Of a stretch of 64,000 nucleotides of DNA, positions 62,235 to 64,000 are shown piece by piece. The position numbers and the translations under genes are program-made. This DNA comes from Cyanophyceae cyanobacterium. Lineage in GTDB: Bacteria > Cyanobacteriota > Cyanobacteriia > Cyanobacteriales > JBHJGN01. Where the stretch lies: the NCBI GenBank assembly GCA_050331735.1, contig JBHJGN010000021.1:20918-84917 (forward strand), written 5' to 3'. The notes beneath the pieces were generated by a model. It saw nothing but the letters and a program-made list of their open reading frames with translations, searched no databases and was not told the DNA's origin. Numbering within the stretch: the stretch's first letter is position 1; each line of letters begins with the position of its first letter.

Positions 62235-62993
62235 TTAACGCTTATGGACGGTTAAATCCAAAATGGGCTGTTGAGTGAGGCAGTGCCAATGACAGGTAAA
62301 GAGGTCGGGGTACTGAGCGGTGAGCGAAGCGATCGCTGGGGCTGCCGGAAAAGGCCACAGGCGGTCAAACACAATAGCTCTATCTTTGACTGTAAACTGC
62401 ATTAAATAGACGGCGGGTAAAGCCGAAATTGACTGCAGTAACTCGTAGGCTAAATGGTACAGAGACTGTCGCAGATCGTCGGCTAGATCGATGGGTTGCT
62501 CATAGGAGTTAGGAACTGCTCCCTCGCCAATGACCTCTCCATACAGTGGCCCTTTCGCCGTCAGCACAATGGGCAGCCACAGGTCTCCCAGCCAAGCTTT
62601 ATTTAGTCCTATCTGATACTGAAGCTGGCGATGAACCCAACGCCGCCTGCTTTCTACGTCTTTACAGGCTTGAAAAACTAAGCGAGCCGGAAAGTCAAAA
62701 GTACTGGGTAGCTGAATTGTTAGTGGACAATAAATAGTGTGAGCATCGCTGTTAGCAAGCGCTAGTTCTGGCGAGCGGCTTGAATTGTCAGAGTCCGCTG
62801 ACAGTAGAGCCGCAGCGACAACTTTAACCTCAACAGGTTCACCGAGGCAGGTATTGATTGTCTGCTTTAAGGCAGCCACCATCTTTTTCGTCGCGGGCGA
62901 GGTCGTCACGATTGCACCGTGTTCGTTGACCTCGGCGTTAATAATAATTAGAGCTGTGGACATTCCCGTGGAGAGGCGCATTGGCGATGCCAT
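62235..62993 (-). CDS. Conserved cyanobacterial hypothetical protein
   Basis: YCPLT, WLPIVLTAKGPLYGEVIG, FDRLWPFPAAPAIAS, PDLF.CHW.C. Confidence 0.78.
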   Translation of the reverse strand: MASPMRLSTGMSTALIIINAEVNEHGAIVTTSPATKKMVAALKQTINTCLGEPVEVKVVAAALLSADSDNSSRSPELALANSDAHTIYCPLTIQLPSTFDFPARLVFQACKDVESRRRWVHRQLQYQIGLNKAWLGDLWLPIVLTAKGPLYGEVIGEGAVPNSYEQPIDLADDLRQSLYHLAYELLQSISALPAVYLMQFTVKDRAIVFDRLWPFPAAPAIASLTAQYPDLFTCHWHCLTQQPILDLTVHKR

Positions 62994-63259
62994 TTTGGTT
63001 GCTAGCTAGAGTTAGATTACCCAATTAAGGGAGAAAAGCAAGCGACAGCAGCGGACTAGATTAGCCGATACTATGCAGTGTACAGTTAATAGCAGCGATC
63101 GCCAATCGCGATCGCGGGCCTGAAAGATTCTTAAACATCAGCTCAGCAAACCTGCTTCCCATCTTCTCAAGCATTTGCCTAACTTCTTTAAGGATAAAGA
63201 CCCGAACTGCTCAACGCTTTCTCGAAAAGATACACTTAAGACGGTAAAACTTTAAACCC

Positions 63260-63886
63260 ATGTATCAATTCTTTATGCATCTTCGCAAATATCGAAGCAT
63301 TTTATGGATAACTTGTTTGGCTGTTCTCTGTTGGTTTAACTTATCTCCAACTGCCCTAGCCCTTGGAGGCCAACAGCCACCTCTCAACAAAATGGCTCCT
63401 GAGTTTACGCTTCCTACCAATACAGGCGATGGAGAAGTGACGCTTTCTGACTATCGCGGTCAGTGGGTTGTCCTCTACTTCTACCCTAAAGATTTTACCC
63501 CCGGCTGCACCCTCGAAGCTCGCCGTTTTCAGCAAGATTTACCCCAGTACAAAGACAGAAATGCTCAGATTATTGGAGTCAGCGCTGATGATGTTGATTC
63601 TCATGCCGAATTCTGTGACTCGGAAGGGTTGCAGTTTCCGCTACTTGCAGATACTGATGGTTCAGTCAGTAAAGCTTACGGTTCTTGGCTCGGCTTTATG
63701 TCTTTGCGCCATACCTACTTAATAGACCCAGAAGGAGTGCTGCGAGAAATCTTTCTCGGCGTTAAGCCCCCCGTTCATAGCCGCGAGGTGCTGGCTAAAC
63801 TTGATGAGTTACAGTACCAGATTGGTCGCCACACGGACTTTAACTCGGTGTTGGCAACGAAATTACAGCAGTTTGCAGCTAAATAG
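63260..63886 (+). CDS. Peroxiredoxin Q/BCP with signal peptide
   Basis: VLYFYPKDFTPGCTLEA, GVSAD, RHTYLIDPEG; hydrophobic leader ending ALA. Confidence 0.9.
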   Translation: MYQFFMHLRKYRSILWITCLAVLCWFNLSPTALALGGQQPPLNKMAPEFTLPTNTGDGEVTLSDYRGQWVVLYFYPKDFTPGCTLEARRFQQDLPQYKDRNAQIIGVSADDVDSHAEFCDSEGLQFPLLADTDGSVSKAYGSWLGFMSLRHTYLIDPEGVLREIFLGVKPPVHSREVLAKLDELQYQIGRHTDFNSVLATKLQQFAAK

Positions 63887-63897
63887 GGGACAATCTC

Positions 63898-64000
63898 TAG
63901 TATTGTAAAAATAAGTTGCCAGATGAAGCCTTATTCCTTAGATTTGCGAGAAAAGATAATTGATGCCGTAGAAAAAGGTGATAGCTCGATCAGAAAAGTT
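63898..64000 (+). mobile_element. IS630-family insertion sequence, left end; transposase from ATG 63923 runs off window
   Basis: MKPYSLDLREKIIDAVEKGDSSIRKV, the YSxDLR HTH start typical of ISY100-like transposases; left boundary approximate. Confidence 0.75.

Overview
Core chromosome of a beta-cyanobacterium. Evidence for this is the abundant HIP1 octamer GCGATCGC (about 50-60 copies by eye) plus raf1, ccmO, an OCP C-terminal-domain homologue and cyanobacterial ManR/OrrA-like regulators. The window holds about 60 genes. Housekeeping genes include truB (partial), dnaB (intein-free), hisG, fbaA, recN, ureEF, rsmH, queG, thiC with a TPP riboswitch, purA, rplY, rbfA and pepA. There is an 11-kb two-component/c-di-GMP signalling region at the left, a small accessory islet at about 25.6-28.9 kb, and the left end of an IS630-family element at the right edge. 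No rRNA, tRNA or CRISPR array was seen. The most striking unexplained structure is a dispersed repeat system at five intergenic loci. It consists of 13-14-nt hairpins whose 5-bp stems covary (GTCCC/GGGAC, GTCGC/GCGAC, GTTGC/GCAAC, GCGCC/GGCGC), each fused to a GGGGAAA-type heptamer tail and arranged as inward-facing arms (REPIN-like). Hairpin-free heptamer arrays occur elsewhere in the window. Other points of interest are two pseudo-receiver regulators, a CBCR-like GAF lacking the canonical Cys, back-to-back class I/II aldolases near a stand-alone mgsA, a missed 50-aa ORF with an internal repeat, and a 39-bp in-frame insertion in the CTDH gene. All family assignments come from motif recognition and memory, not from database searches.
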